From IMG/VR virus record IMGVR_UViG_3300017971_000191: a stretch of DNA of 64,000 nucleotides. One strand, given 5' to 3'. Below, piece after piece: positions 43,652 through 54,327 of the stretch. The stretch's first letter is position 1, and each line of letters opens with the position of its first letter. Position numbers and translations under genes: made by a program. Origin of the DNA: a virus. Lineage: Duplodnaviria > Heunggongvirae > Uroviricota > Caudoviricetes. Under the pieces are notes generated by a model. That model had not been told where the DNA came from, did no database searches, and saw only the letters and a list, made by a program, of their open reading frames with translations.

Positions 43652-45301
43652 TTAATCAGCTTGCGGGATACTGGTCTGGACGGTGATCGAGATGTCTGCC
43701 GGGTCCAGGAAGAACTGTACAGTTTTCGGGGTGACCATCAAGGCCGATTCGTCGGGCACCGTCAGCACCGTGTCGTCACGGAGGTAGAGCGTCGTTCCGT
43801 TGGGGCGCCGGATGCGGCCGAACATGTCGATCGCGCCGACGCTGCTGGCGTTGCTCAGGTAAGCATGGATGGTGTCGTGCAGGTGCGAGGCGTAGAGCCG
43901 GCCGGTGAAAGGTGTGGCGTTGACGACCTCGCACAAGGCGGACTTGATGGCCGTCTCGTCGGGCGGCGATTCCGAGGTCTGCTGGTGAATCGTGAAGGTA
44001 AGCTGGAGAAAGCAGGGCACAGGCGCCTTGATGAGGGCGTCTGCTCCGTAGCTGCGGTAGTCACGGTGGTTGACCGTTGTCTGGATAGCCGACAGCAGCG
44101 GCACGCCCACGGCCTCGCAGACGTAGTCCTGCGTGGCGCCGAGATCCAGCTCGGAGGTGACCGTCTCCGTGTCCTTGAAGCGGATCACGAGGGTCTGGTA
44201 GGCAGTGTAGACTCCCTCGACGGCCTCTTCGAGATCCGGCTTGAAACCTTCATCGGTGAGATCCAGGCCGCGGATGTCCTCGGTGATCTCGAAGCCGCCC
44301 ACGACGTTGGTGGAGCCACTGGGGAAGATATTGCGGACCTCGTAGGCCCCGGCCATTTCGGTTCGCAAAACCGCGAACTGCCAGATGCCCCGGCCGTCCG
44401 TCGTCTTCTCGACCAGGGAGGCCTCCTTGCTGAGCCCCAGGTGGACCAGTTGCGGTTGCGTCCGGATGTACCAGTCGACCCGACCGCCGAAGCTCACCGG
44501 GACCAGGGAGTGCTGGTCGCGGAGCATCTCCGTGTCGCCGTAACCGATGATCGACTGGTGGCTGATTCGGGAGTACGCCTCCATGTCGCGGAGCCAGCCT
44601 CGCATGGTGACGCGGTTGGAGATCGTCTTGCCGGCGATACCCTCTTGCATCCGCTGGAGCAGCTCGTCGTTGGTCTCCACGTTCCCGCCGCCGGTGAAGT
44701 CGTCCGTGGCGTAGGCGGTGACGAAGTTGCTGGGAGTGTAGTCCAGCAGCACCAGGGTATCCTTGGGGATGTTGCCATCCTCGCCGGCCAGGGCGGCCTC
44801 GACACTGATGATGAAGGCATAGGTGCCGTCCGAGAGCTGCGTCAGCAGGACGTCCGAGGGCGTGGCCAAATCGCCGGCGTCGTCCCGGGCGGTCCAGGCC
44901 TGGGTGGTCGTGAAGGTCTGGCCGCCGGCCATCATCGTCGTGCCGTTGGAGATCGTGATCCCGTTGGCGTCCGAGAGGACGATCGTCACCCGTCCCGAGG
45001 CCTTGGCCCCGGTGTTCCGCGTGAGCCGCCAGTTGGAGAGCACATGGTCGACTACGTCGTCGTCGGCCAGCAGGGGATCGGCCTCGATCTGCTGGAGACT
45101 CCGCGCGGAAAGGTAGCGGCTGATGTTGGTGGCGGGCACGCCGGCAAGGATTGCGTGCAGTACCAGCACCACATCGTGGAACACGCCCCGTTTCAGATCC
45201 AACTCGGGAAACAGCTCCTGGACCCGCGAACTGACCTCGGTGAGGTTCTGCTGGATCAAGGTGGGGCTGATGTCCCCGAGAGTGTCGATTTCGATGGTCA
45301 T
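43652..45301 (-). CDS. Baseplate J/gp6-like wedge protein
   Basis: A.G.VTI, A..AG.DGNI, FTGG..VET.DELL.R motifs. Confidence 0.88.
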   Translation of the reverse strand: MTIEIDTLGDISPTLIQQNLTEVSSRVQELFPELDLKRGVFHDVVLVLHAILAGVPATNISRYLSARSLQQIEADPLLADDDVVDHVLSNWRLTRNTGAKASGRVTIVLSDANGITISNGTTMMAGGQTFTTTQAWTARDDAGDLATPSDVLLTQLSDGTYAFIISVEAALAGEDGNIPKDTLVLLDYTPSNFVTAYATDDFTGGGNVETNDELLQRMQEGIAGKTISNRVTMRGWLRDMEAYSRISHQSIIGYGDTEMLRDQHSLVPVSFGGRVDWYIRTQPQLVHLGLSKEASLVEKTTDGRGIWQFAVLRTEMAGAYEVRNIFPSGSTNVVGGFEITEDIRGLDLTDEGFKPDLEEAVEGVYTAYQTLVIRFKDTETVTSELDLGATQDYVCEAVGVPLLSAIQTTVNHRDYRSYGADALIKAPVPCFLQLTFTIHQQTSESPPDETAIKSALCEVVNATPFTGRLYASHLHDTIHAYLSNASSVGAIDMFGRIRRPNGTTLYLRDDTVLTVPDESALMVTPKTVQFFLDPADISITVQTSIPQAD

Positions 45302-45798
45302 GGCATCGTGCTCACTACGCTCGTCCTGATGGGATAGATGACGTCCAGCGACGTGCCGGCCTTGCTGATGATTTTCACTCGCAAGCTAACCTGGTCCTGG
45401 TAGAGGGAGACGGCGACCAGCTCGGCCGTGTCGAACTGCTCATCAGTCGGGGTGTCCTCGTCTTCCTCGCGGATCAGGTTCGTGCGGACGGTGAACAGGC
45501 CCAGGTAGAACGCCGACCGTACGTCCGCCACCGTCCGCCAGTAACCGTAGCGGGCCTGGGTCATGAACAGGCAGCCCCGCTCGGGCAGATGAGGGATCGA
45601 GCCGATCTCCGTCATCAGCTCCATAAGGAACCGCTGCGCGAGCTTCTGGATACCGGTGACCAAGGCGCCGTTGCTGCCCTCGAAGACCAGATGCTGGATG
45701 ACCTGGCTCTCGGTACCGCGCTGTACGCCGTCGAACGCCAAAACGTCGACGGTCCGGCCCCAGTATTTGATCGGCGGTGAAGACACCAGCGTCGTCAT
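45298..45798 (-). CDS. gp25-like baseplate protein
   Basis: LVTGIQKLAQRF..EL.T..GS......G; immediately upstream of the J-like gene. Confidence 0.75.
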   Translation of the reverse strand: MTTLVSSPPIKYWGRTVDVLAFDGVQRGTESQVIQHLVFEGSNGALVTGIQKLAQRFLMELMTEIGSIPHLPERGCLFMTQARYGYWRTVADVRSAFYLGLFTVRTNLIREEDEDTPTDEQFDTAELVAVSLYQDQVSLRVKIISKAGTSLDVIYPIRTSVVSTMP

Positions 45799-46268
45799 GA
45801 TCCGTCATCCTGTCCGCTGGTCTGGCGGATAATCCCCTGCACGTACTCGATCGCAGCCCAGCGGAAAGCCCCGTACTTCGTGCCGTGGCCCTTACGCCGG
45901 CCGAGATGCTGTGCCACACACCGGGGGAAGCGGTACGTGTGCCTCGCCCGGAAGGCCCGCTCCATGACCGCCAGGTAGGCGATCTGGGTGGTGGTGATGA
46001 TCAAGTCCCCGCTGCGTCCCGGGGACGTCGGCGATTCCGTTGCCTCCTTGTACCACTGGTTGGACTTCTCCCGGTCGAAGGGAGACTTCATCCCCTCCCA
46101 ATCGAACAGGTCTCCCGACCAGTCCCGCTTGACCGGCATGAGCCACTTGTACTGCTCACCTTTCTTGCGGGTATCGTACTCGTCTTTCGCCTGCGTCTTG
46201 TGCTCTTCGCACTGCTCGCGGAAGACAGGGTCGATGTCGGATTTCTTGCTCGTACTGATCTGCGTCAT
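45795..46268 (-). CDS. Hypothetical protein
   Basis: 157 aa within the baseplate operon. Confidence 0.75.
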   Translation of the reverse strand: MTQISTSKKSDIDPVFREQCEEHKTQAKDEYDTRKKGEQYKWLMPVKRDWSGDLFDWEGMKSPFDREKSNQWYKEATESPTSPGRSGDLIITTTQIAYLAVMERAFRARHTYRFPRCVAQHLGRRKGHGTKYGAFRWAAIEYVQGIIRQTSGQDDGS

Positions 46269-46278
46269 CTAGCTTACC

Positions 46279-47001
46279 CTACATCGTCGCTGGATTCACC
46301 TCCAACACGGCGTCAATCGCCTGCTGGATGCGGGCTTTCCGCTGGCTAATAGCACCCGGGGAGCGTCCCAGCTTCCGGGCGATCTCTTGATTGGAAAGGG
46401 CTTTTTGCCCGTTGAGCCCAAGCGTCAGTTCCATGATCTTCTGGTCCAAGGGAGGCATCTCGTCGTAGACGAGTTTGACGGCCAGGTCCTCCCGCTCGTC
46501 CTGCTGCATGCCGGGGAGCAAGGAAGGATCGACCATCTCCAGTTGGCCCTCCGTGATTCCCGGGCTGTAGCCACGGACCTTCTTGATTCGTGCCGCGCTG
46601 AAGCCGGTCCGGTTGGACAGCTCGGCGTCGGTGGGCTCGCGGCCCAGCTCGTCCTGCAACTCCTGGGTGTACCGCTGGAGCCTCGCGCGGTCGTAGATCA
46701 CCCGCTCCGGGGCTCGCATCACCTGGCCTTGCTGCCGGGAGATTCGCTTCAGCCCGCGAAGTTGTGTGTTGATATGGGCGCCCAGGCGTCCCCGCTTCGG
46801 GTCGTACGAGTCGAAGGACCGCAGCGCTAGCTGCCTGGCCCGACTGGTAATCAACGGGTTGGCCTCGCCGACATGGGTACGGATGCCCTGCTGGATTACC
46901 GGGTCGACGGCTTTGAGGAACGCCGTCCGGCTGGCCGGCGACGGGTCTACCTTCCAGAGATCGTAGGGCTCGCGATATTCGTCTTCCAGGTAATCAGACA
47001 T
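46279..47001 (-). CDS. Sigma-70-family sigma factor (FliA/SigF-like)
   Basis: SYDPKRG.LGAHI (region 2.3-2.4), LQDELGREPTDAEL (region 3), L...DQKI..L..GL...LSNQEIARKLG.S...ISQ (region 4). Confidence 0.9.
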   Translation of the reverse strand: MSDYLEDEYREPYDLWKVDPSPASRTAFLKAVDPVIQQGIRTHVGEANPLITSRARQLALRSFDSYDPKRGRLGAHINTQLRGLKRISRQQGQVMRAPERVIYDRARLQRYTQELQDELGREPTDAELSNRTGFSAARIKKVRGYSPGITEGQLEMVDPSLLPGMQQDEREDLAVKLVYDEMPPLDQKIMELTLGLNGQKALSNQEIARKLGRSPGAISQRKARIQQAIDAVLEVNPATM

Positions 47002-48709
47002 CGAGATCCTCCCAAGCCTCGACTAGCGGGGCACCTTTGAAGATGTTCGTGCCGAACAGTGGGTGCTTGTCGGCAGAAGTGCGGTCGTTGTCGGTGTTCT
47101 CTTTTTCGGTGCGGACATGGGTGAAGTCGAACGAGGTCCCCGCTCTCCGGCCCTCAGCGTTGATGTTGACGGTCACCCGTTGGACCTGGGCCCACAACGG
47201 TACGGCTAGCTCGTCGGTGCCCTCGGCTCCGTCCCGCGGCTCCTGCATGAGCTTCACGAGGCTACCGGGGCCGATGTCGAAGCGGAGCTTGCCGTCGATC
47301 TGAGCTGCCCGGTGCCGCAGGTGATGCTTGACCAGTACCTCCCAGGCGTAGGCGGTGAAGACGTTGTTGCGGTTCTCGACGATCGACTTCTCTCCCACCG
47401 GAGGATCTTCCGGCGGGTCGGGGTCGGCCTCGGGCGTCGTCTGGGTTTTGTTGGGATCTTGCTTCTTCACGCCCATGACCTGACCATACTCTCCGACGCT
47501 GTGCTGGAGCTTCAGCCACACCGGCGCCTGCACGATCAGCCAGGAGCCGTCGACAGGGTCCTCCACGTCGGCGTACTTGTGGCCACCAAGGCAAATCTTG
47601 TCGTTGTCCGGCTCCTCGGTGTAGGCCAGCTTGGTGAGCGTGTCGTGGTCGGCAATCACGCCGACTGCCTGCACCGGCTGAGCGATCCGGCCGCTAAGAT
47701 TCAGGTGCTCATACTCCTCGGGGTAGATCTCCTTCCACGGCTGCTGATCGGCCCTCCAATACGGAGCATCGGCACTGACCAGACAGCGGTTGGAAAGAGG
47801 GATCACCGCCATACCGAAATCCTGGCAGTATTTGGCAACGAGGATGTCCCAGAAGGTGTGCGCAGCAAAGGTCTGCACGGTTTGCTGGCAGATCCCCTTG
47901 GCAACTGCCTCAACGATCAACGGCTTGCTGAAGACTTCGGGCCGCAATGTGCGACTGGCACCGAACAAGGCAGCCGTCTCGCCGTTGGCTGGCGTGAAGT
48001 TGCAGTTGTCAGCATCCACCTCGAAACGCTTCAGGGCCTTCAGGGCACGATCGTTGCTCGACTCGTCGCCTGTCCCCTGGGCGGAACCGCAGCCGATCTC
48101 GAAGCGTTGGTCGTTGGAGGCGATCTCGCAGAAGAGCTGCTTGATGGCCTTCCATACGTCCTGTTGAACCTTGTCGTAGACGATACCGTAGCCGCAGAGG
48201 CAGGAGACGAAGCACTTGTCCTGCTCGTGACCGGTACCGAAGCCGGGCGTGATGGCCGGGAACACGTAGTTTGTCGGGTTGGTGGGATGCTGCCAGCGAT
48301 GCAACGTCGAGCTGAAGGCCAGGTCGATACAGAAATGGGCCAGGTGGATTACGGCGTGGACCTTGTTGCTGACCTTCCGATACGCCAGTCCAACGTAGTA
48401 GCCGTCGAAGATTACCTGGGGCGCGCTGTGCCAGTCGGGCCCGCCGGGCTTCCAGTCACCCCGCGGCGAAAAGCGGACCTTAGCCTCCTTCATCTCCAGA
48501 AGCTGTGGTCCCATGTCGTGGATCTTGGCCTGCGTCTTCTGGTCGTGCGCATCACGACCGATGGCCACCAGGCAGGTGGCCTCGGGGATGCCGTTCTTAC
48601 AGAACGACATCGTGAACTGGACGACGTTGAACTTCTCTCCGTCGATCTCCAGCTCCAGCGTGGCGTCGTCCGAGAGGACGGTATAGGCATAACCAGCAGG
48701 CTCAGCCAT
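46994..48709 (-). CDS. Baseplate hub (gp27/late control D-like)
   Basis: 571 aa after the tape measure; N-terminal beta strands and G..RFDI.PGSLV.L...V..VT..I C-terminal pattern. Confidence 0.6.
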   Translation of the reverse strand: MAEPAGYAYTVLSDDATLELEIDGEKFNVVQFTMSFCKNGIPEATCLVAIGRDAHDQKTQAKIHDMGPQLLEMKEAKVRFSPRGDWKPGGPDWHSAPQVIFDGYYVGLAYRKVSNKVHAVIHLAHFCIDLAFSSTLHRWQHPTNPTNYVFPAITPGFGTGHEQDKCFVSCLCGYGIVYDKVQQDVWKAIKQLFCEIASNDQRFEIGCGSAQGTGDESSNDRALKALKRFEVDADNCNFTPANGETAALFGASRTLRPEVFSKPLIVEAVAKGICQQTVQTFAAHTFWDILVAKYCQDFGMAVIPLSNRCLVSADAPYWRADQQPWKEIYPEEYEHLNLSGRIAQPVQAVGVIADHDTLTKLAYTEEPDNDKICLGGHKYADVEDPVDGSWLIVQAPVWLKLQHSVGEYGQVMGVKKQDPNKTQTTPEADPDPPEDPPVGEKSIVENRNNVFTAYAWEVLVKHHLRHRAAQIDGKLRFDIGPGSLVKLMQEPRDGAEGTDELAVPLWAQVQRVTVNINAEGRRAGTSFDFTHVRTEKENTDNDRTSADKHPLFGTNIFKGAPLVEAWEDLDV

Positions 48710-49514
48710 TGAACTGTCGAATCTCCTCGCTTCGGTAGATCAGACCCAGCAGCAAGCCGCCCAGCTTGTAGGGCAGCTCGCGATGGTCGTTCCACAGGTT
48801 GTAGAAGGTCTTCCACGGCTCGATGCCGTAGTTGCCGAAGATCGCCAGCAAGGTCGGCTCCCCGACTTTGGAGGCGGCGACGGCCAGGTCTCCCAGGCTC
48901 CACTGCGGCCGGAGGATCACCTTGACGTTCCAGAGTGCCCCCGGGCTGTTGGTGTTCACGCGAAACGTGTACCCGGCGCCGTGCAGCTCGATCTCTCCAC
49001 TCAGTCCTGCTGAGAGGGACAGATCGTGGATAATCTGTCTTTGTGGGGGGACAAGATTGGTGACCTGGATAGTCTCGTTCGACAGCACGTCCACGCGGAA
49101 CTCGTGTCGGAGCTGCCCTGTCGGGTCCGGCGGCATCGGCTCCCCGGTGATCGTCAACGTGCCGTCGATGGAACCGTAGGACGTGACCTCAGGATCGAAC
49201 CGCGAGGCAGGGACCAGGTCCGCCGTGGTGTCGATGTCGTAGGTGATCCGCGGGTCCAACTCCAGCAGGTATTCTTCCAGCTCCGTGGAGTGCAGCATGG
49301 TGAGAAACTGTCGCGTCCGATAGTTGAGCATCGCCCGGTCCGGGCTGGACCCGTAGAGAATGTTCCGCAGCCGGTCGATATAGCTGGGGTAGTCGATCGC
49401 AGCGTACTCGAAGGGAATCAGCTCCTCGGCGAAGAAGTCTTCCCCGGGACTGAGATCGCCGTCGAGGCTGCCGCCTTCGAGGTTCACCAGCAATGTACGT
49501 GCGTGATTGAACAC
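48702..49514 (-). CDS. Baseplate-region hypothetical protein
   Basis: GTG at 49514 overlapping upstream TAG; MFNHARTLLVN... Confidence 0.7.
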   Translation of the reverse strand: MFNHARTLLVNLEGGSLDGDLSPGEDFFAEELIPFEYAAIDYPSYIDRLRNILYGSSPDRAMLNYRTRQFLTMLHSTELEEYLLELDPRITYDIDTTADLVPASRFDPEVTSYGSIDGTLTITGEPMPPDPTGQLRHEFRVDVLSNETIQVTNLVPPQRQIIHDLSLSAGLSGEIELHGAGYTFRVNTNSPGALWNVKVILRPQWSLGDLAVAASKVGEPTLLAIFGNYGIEPWKTFYNLWNDHRELPYKLGGLLLGLIYRSEEIRQFNG

Positions 49515-49996
49515 TACTTCTTCTCCGGCAAGGTCACCAACTGGAGCCCGTACTGCATAATCCGCGTGGCCGGGTCGACCACGTCCCCGGTCAGGCCGAC
49601 GACGAATCCCAGGAAGAACGTCTGGCCGATGTTCACCTGGACCGGCTCCCTCCGCATGGCCACGCGGTTTTCCTGGTACCACTTCATGATCAACTCGAAG
49701 CCGTGGAAGCCGGGGTTCGCTCGCGTCCCGCCGGTGCAGTCGACCGTCATCGACAGGCCCGAGATCGTCACCGAGCCCATCCGGTCCCCGAACACGTAAA
49801 CGTACACGTCGTTGCCGATGGTATGCAAGAACTGGTAGTTGCCCTGCTGGCTGACAGTGATCCGCGTGATGATGGACTTCTGCGAACTCCAGGTCAGCGC
49901 CGGGTCCGTCTTGATGAACGTAGCCGTACCCTCGGCATGCTCGTCGGTACAGGCCGCCACGCGACCCACCGGTCCTGTGAAGAACGATGGCATCAC
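49514..49996 (-). CDS. Tube-like baseplate/tail initiator protein
   Basis: 160 aa directly after the tape measure; QFLHT.G..YVY.FGDR.G..TISG. Confidence 0.6.
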   Translation of the reverse strand: MMPSFFTGPVGRVAACTDEHAEGTATFIKTDPALTWSSQKSIITRITVSQQGNYQFLHTIGNDVYVYVFGDRMGSVTISGLSMTVDCTGGTRANPGFHGFELIMKWYQENRVAMRREPVQVNIGQTFFLGFVVGLTGDVVDPATRIMQYGLQLVTLPEKK

Positions 49997-52900
49997 TTCC
50001 CTCCTGTGCGGCCTTCGGCGTCCATGTCCCCGACCCCGTTGACGAGGTCCACTTCCATGCGGCCTTCGATCCGCATCAGATTGTCTCCGCCAGGAGGCCC
50101 ACCCCGCTCGGCTTCTCCAACCAACGAGCGAACAGCTCGCGAGAGATCAGGCCGGCGACTGTCCCCGGCCTTCAGCGACTTGGGGTCAATCATTCCCAGG
50201 AAGCTGTGTTCGTCGAGGAAGCGGACGTCCTCCTGCACGCCGCGCATCTCGGAGGCCGTCAAGCCCCACTCCTTCTGGAGCTTGTCAATGGCCCGTTGCC
50301 TCTTCTTTCCGGTGAGACCCTCGGTCTCCTCGGCAATCCGCTCACTAAGGTAGCGGACTCCGGCCAGTTTGTCGTCCTCACTGGTCAGCAACTTCTTGGC
50401 GTCGGCGTGTCCTCGATCGGCAAAGCGCTTGCGGACGATCTCGGCCGTCCGTTTGAGATCCTCCGTGCCGCGAGTGGCGCGGCGGGCCATAATCAATCCG
50501 GCTTCCGTACTCAACGATCCACCCAGTTCACGAGCCAGGTCCTTGTGCTTCTTCGTGTCGAAGCCGTACAGCTCCATCAGCCGCTCGACGTGCTGCGGGG
50601 CCGTCATCGTCTCCTGCTCGCGACGACCCTCGGCGTATCCCATGATGGCGTCGATGGCCTTCTCGCCCTCACGGAGGTCCCCGATGGTGTCTGCCCCCTC
50701 GACCCGGCCGCCGATCTCCTTCTCGATGTCCTCCTGCATCTTGGCGGCCTCGTCGAAGCGTCCTTTGACAAGGTTGATCTGTCCCTCGGTGTACCTGTCA
50801 CCGGAGTAGGCCAGGTCCAGAGCCTTGACGCCTCGCTGGTTGGCCAAACCTTCGATCCCCTTGAGGGCATCCTTAGTCCGCTGCTTGGCGGCATCGCGAG
50901 CAGCCACGTCCCCCTTTGCGTCGGCCTGCTTGTACTCGGCGTACGCCTTGGAGTAGGCATCGCGGGCTTCGCGGACCTTGCCCAGCTCCTCCTCCGTCAG
51001 CGGCTTGAGCATGTCCGGAGTCGCGCCCTTACCCTCGATGGCCAGGCCCACCTTGTGTGCGGCAATCGCCGCTCGGGCCGCCTCGGCCGTGGTAATCCCC
51101 CGCTGCTTGGCTTCGTCGCCTGCCAGGTACTTGTCCACTTCCTCCTGGGTGACCGTGGCGTACCTCTTGGCCAGCTTCTCCGCGCTAACCTGGGTCTCGC
51201 GGAACTCGTCGAGCCGGGCCAGGTCTTTGTCGGTGAGCTGCTTGGCGATATTGATCGACCGCTCCATGGCGGCGATCTCTCCCGCCCGTTCCCTGAGCGT
51301 CTTCGCGTCGGCTCCGCCGAGGCCCATGATGTCCAAGGCCGTGGCCCGAGCGTCGTCTCCCCAGACGTTCTCCCCCTTGGCGATCCGGCCGAGCACGTCG
51401 CCCATCTGGCTGGTTGTGCCTTGAAGCTGTCCTGAGACAGCTTGCACGTCGTCCCAGATCTGCTCGGCATGCTCGGCGTCCCGGATCTTGCTGCGGTCGA
51501 ACTGACCGGCCATCAAGCGGGCGACATCTCCGCCGGCGTAGTAGTTGGCCAGTGTCTGAAGCTGTTCCTGGCCGCCTCGGAGCTGCTCGTACATCCGCAG
51601 CCCCTGCGGACCCAGTTTCCGCAACGTACGGTCGTCCATGATCGCGCGGTGGGCCAGATCGGAGATGTCCTGCATGGCGTAGTCGACGGTCTCCTCCCAG
51701 TGCCGGCCCTCGTCGGTGTCCATGAACTCGTTCCATCGCCGTCGCGACATCCGCTCGCGGACCTGGGCCTCCGAGAGCCCCGTACGCTTGGCCTCGCGGG
51801 AGACCACGTCCGCGTCGATCTCGAAGCGCTGCTGAAGGCCCTTATCGGCCGTCAAGGCTCGGGACTGCTCGAACATCCGTTCCAGCGTGGCCTGGGTTCG
51901 TTCCACGTCCCGGGTGCCTAGCAGTTGGGACTCGTCGCTGGCAAAGCCCTGCTCCGCTGCCATATCGGCCAGCGTGTTAGCCTGCTCGCGAAGGACATCG
52001 TTGGCGGCGTTGAACTGCTCCATCAGCCGCTGGCGAGCCGGACCCTCCGGCGATGCCTGGATCTCCGTCTTCAGCCGGTCGACCTCCGCTCGGGCTGCAT
52101 CGAGACCGATAATCCCCTCTTGGAGTCCCTTGTTGACGTCTCCCGTCTTCACGCCCAGGGCATGAGCGATCAGCTCGGGAATGTTGGCGTTGTCGTCACC
52201 GCGGACCTGCTGGAGGTAGTCGATGGCACGGCGAGCAGCACCGCCGCGTCCCAGGGCTGTGAGGGAATCGGCGGTCCTAGCTTCCAACCGGGCCTGGAGC
52301 AGATTCCGCTCGCCCTGTTGGAGGGTACGACGGTTCATCTGGGCCTGGAAGTCCTGGAAGCTCCCGTACTGCCGGTAGTTGGGGTCCCGCCGCATGATGT
52401 ATTGCACATGGCCATACCCCTCTGCGGCGGCAAGCTCGAACCAGTCCTGGCCCAGGCCGGCGACCGCCCCGGCGGCCTCGGTATCCTGGAGCGCCGTCTG
52501 GAGCGTGGTGGCGATGGCCTCGTTCCGCTCGGCCGTATTGGCGAATTGCTCGTGCCGCATCCCCATGGCCCGCTCGGTGACCCTCTCGGCAGCCACGCCA
52601 GCAGCCCTCCAGGCCGCGTCAGCTTCCATCCCACGGCCCCGGAGCTGATTCGCGATGGTCTCCCGGTATCTCTGACGGACCCAAGCACGGGCCTCCTGGG
52701 GCATCTGACGGCGTACTATGCCGCCGATGTTCCAGCGGTTGATCTGCTCCTCGTTGGCGAAGGTCTGCCCCAGCATCCCGGACATGCGTCCTCGGTCGAG
52801 TCCCAACTCCTGTCCGCCTACCCCCTTGGCCCCCGCCATGAGATCGAAGAACTGGGCTCGATCCATCAAGGTCGTACGGGTCTCCCCCGTCGTGGGGTCC

Positions 52901-54327
52901 AGATACTCTGTCTGCCCGGCCATGACCGCCTGGGCGATGGCTTCGGCGCGGGAGCCCTCCTGGAACCCGCCGATGGTCTCCCGCACCCGCATCAAGGCCC
53001 CCAACCGTTGAGCTTGCTCGGAGGCCGCCGCCTGCATCCGCAGGTTGGCATCGAGCTGAATCTGCTGAGCAGCGTTCCTGCGGCCCCAGGCGGGCACAGC
53101 GGCTCCTCCCTGGGCCGTGAAGGCGTTCCCCCAGGCCATTGCACCCTGGGCGCCCTGGATCGCGTGGAGCGGGCTGATGCCCAACTGCTGGGCTCGACCG
53201 GCTGCATGCTGCTGGATCGCCAGCGCGGCATCCAGGGAGATCCCCGACTGGCGGGCGATCTCGTGGGTCGTGCGGACCATCATGTTCAGGCGGCCCGGGT
53301 CGAGCTGTGACGTGCCGCCCTGGGTCAGGGCCTCCAGCTTCTGGATCAGCTCGGCCATGGGGGCGTCGGGGCGGCCCAGGTCCCCGAAGATGTCCCGCAT
53401 CGTGGAGACGATCCCCGCGTAGTCCTTCAGGGACCGCTTCACCCGCTCGGAATCGAAGCCGCGGATCTTGTCGGCAATCGCCGGGTCGAGGCGGAGCTTG
53501 TCCAGGTCGGCCGGGTCGATGAACTGGAGGTTGTCCGGCAGGGTGACGTTCTGCTGCTGAGCTGCCTCGTTCAGGGCACCACGGTCCTCGCGGGCCAGCT
53601 CCTGCACGGCACGCATCGTCCGCATGGCGATCGGCTGCTGCGGGCCAAGGATCATGCCGCGGCGTCCCAGCTCGTCGTACATGGCGCCGAACTGGCCGGC
53701 GGTAAGTCCCCGCATCTGGGAGATGTCGCCCTGGCGGAAGAGGTCCTCGTAGAGCCGGTTGGCCATGAAGCCCGCCGACTCCCCCGTCATTCCCATGCGG
53801 CCGGTGACCGGGTCGAGCTGGTAGCGTCCGCCCATCATCATCCGCTGGGCCATGACCACGGCCGAACCCCGCATCCCGCCGGCGATGTCCAGCATCTCCG
53901 GAGCAATCTGGGCCATCATCGGCGCGAACTGCCCCATCATGTCGCCGAGATGGCGGGCGGCCCGACGTTGTTGCGTACCCCAGGGGGTGCCCGTCATGGC
54001 GGAGATTCCGCGGAGCGTTTGCATGTAGTTCTGGGCGTCCTGCTCGGAGGCCATCCGCATGGCCTCTTCCTGGGCCCGCGTGAACTGCATGTTGCGCATC
54101 ACGTCGTAGACGTTCTGGTCGTGGCCCAGGCCCATCGGCATGTAGCCGTGCTGGCCCATCATCCGCTGGAGAATCGGCGCCAGAACGAACTGCGCAGCGA
54201 GTCCGCCCATGCCTCCACCCATCCCCGGGAAGCCTTCCATGCCCGTCATGGGAATGTGGGGGCGACCAGTGATGACGGGGGCATAACCCCTAGCGATCTG
54301 GTCGAGAAGTACACCGTCCTGTGGCAT
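49993..54327 (-). CDS. Tape measure protein
   Basis: 1444 aa, Ala/Gly/Gln/Met-rich and helical; follows the chaperone pair and precedes hub genes. Confidence 0.85.
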   Translation of the reverse strand: MPQDGVLLDQIARGYAPVITGRPHIPMTGMEGFPGMGGGMGGLAAQFVLAPILQRMMGQHGYMPMGLGHDQNVYDVMRNMQFTRAQEEAMRMASEQDAQNYMQTLRGISAMTGTPWGTQQRRAARHLGDMMGQFAPMMAQIAPEMLDIAGGMRGSAVVMAQRMMMGGRYQLDPVTGRMGMTGESAGFMANRLYEDLFRQGDISQMRGLTAGQFGAMYDELGRRGMILGPQQPIAMRTMRAVQELAREDRGALNEAAQQQNVTLPDNLQFIDPADLDKLRLDPAIADKIRGFDSERVKRSLKDYAGIVSTMRDIFGDLGRPDAPMAELIQKLEALTQGGTSQLDPGRLNMMVRTTHEIARQSGISLDAALAIQQHAAGRAQQLGISPLHAIQGAQGAMAWGNAFTAQGGAAVPAWGRRNAAQQIQLDANLRMQAAASEQAQRLGALMRVRETIGGFQEGSRAEAIAQAVMAGQTEYLDPTTGETRTTLMDRAQFFDLMAGAKGVGGQELGLDRGRMSGMLGQTFANEEQINRWNIGGIVRRQMPQEARAWVRQRYRETIANQLRGRGMEADAAWRAAGVAAERVTERAMGMRHEQFANTAERNEAIATTLQTALQDTEAAGAVAGLGQDWFELAAAEGYGHVQYIMRRDPNYRQYGSFQDFQAQMNRRTLQQGERNLLQARLEARTADSLTALGRGGAARRAIDYLQQVRGDDNANIPELIAHALGVKTGDVNKGLQEGIIGLDAARAEVDRLKTEIQASPEGPARQRLMEQFNAANDVLREQANTLADMAAEQGFASDESQLLGTRDVERTQATLERMFEQSRALTADKGLQQRFEIDADVVSREAKRTGLSEAQVRERMSRRRWNEFMDTDEGRHWEETVDYAMQDISDLAHRAIMDDRTLRKLGPQGLRMYEQLRGGQEQLQTLANYYAGGDVARLMAGQFDRSKIRDAEHAEQIWDDVQAVSGQLQGTTSQMGDVLGRIAKGENVWGDDARATALDIMGLGGADAKTLRERAGEIAAMERSINIAKQLTDKDLARLDEFRETQVSAEKLAKRYATVTQEEVDKYLAGDEAKQRGITTAEAARAAIAAHKVGLAIEGKGATPDMLKPLTEEELGKVREARDAYSKAYAEYKQADAKGDVAARDAAKQRTKDALKGIEGLANQRGVKALDLAYSGDRYTEGQINLVKGRFDEAAKMQEDIEKEIGGRVEGADTIGDLREGEKAIDAIMGYAEGRREQETMTAPQHVERLMELYGFDTKKHKDLARELGGSLSTEAGLIMARRATRGTEDLKRTAEIVRKRFADRGHADAKKLLTSEDDKLAGVRYLSERIAEETEGLTGKKRQRAIDKLQKEWGLTASEMRGVQEDVRFLDEHSFLGMIDPKSLKAGDSRRPDLSRAVRSLVGEAERGGPPGGDNLMRIEGRMEVDLVNGVGDMDAEGRTGGK

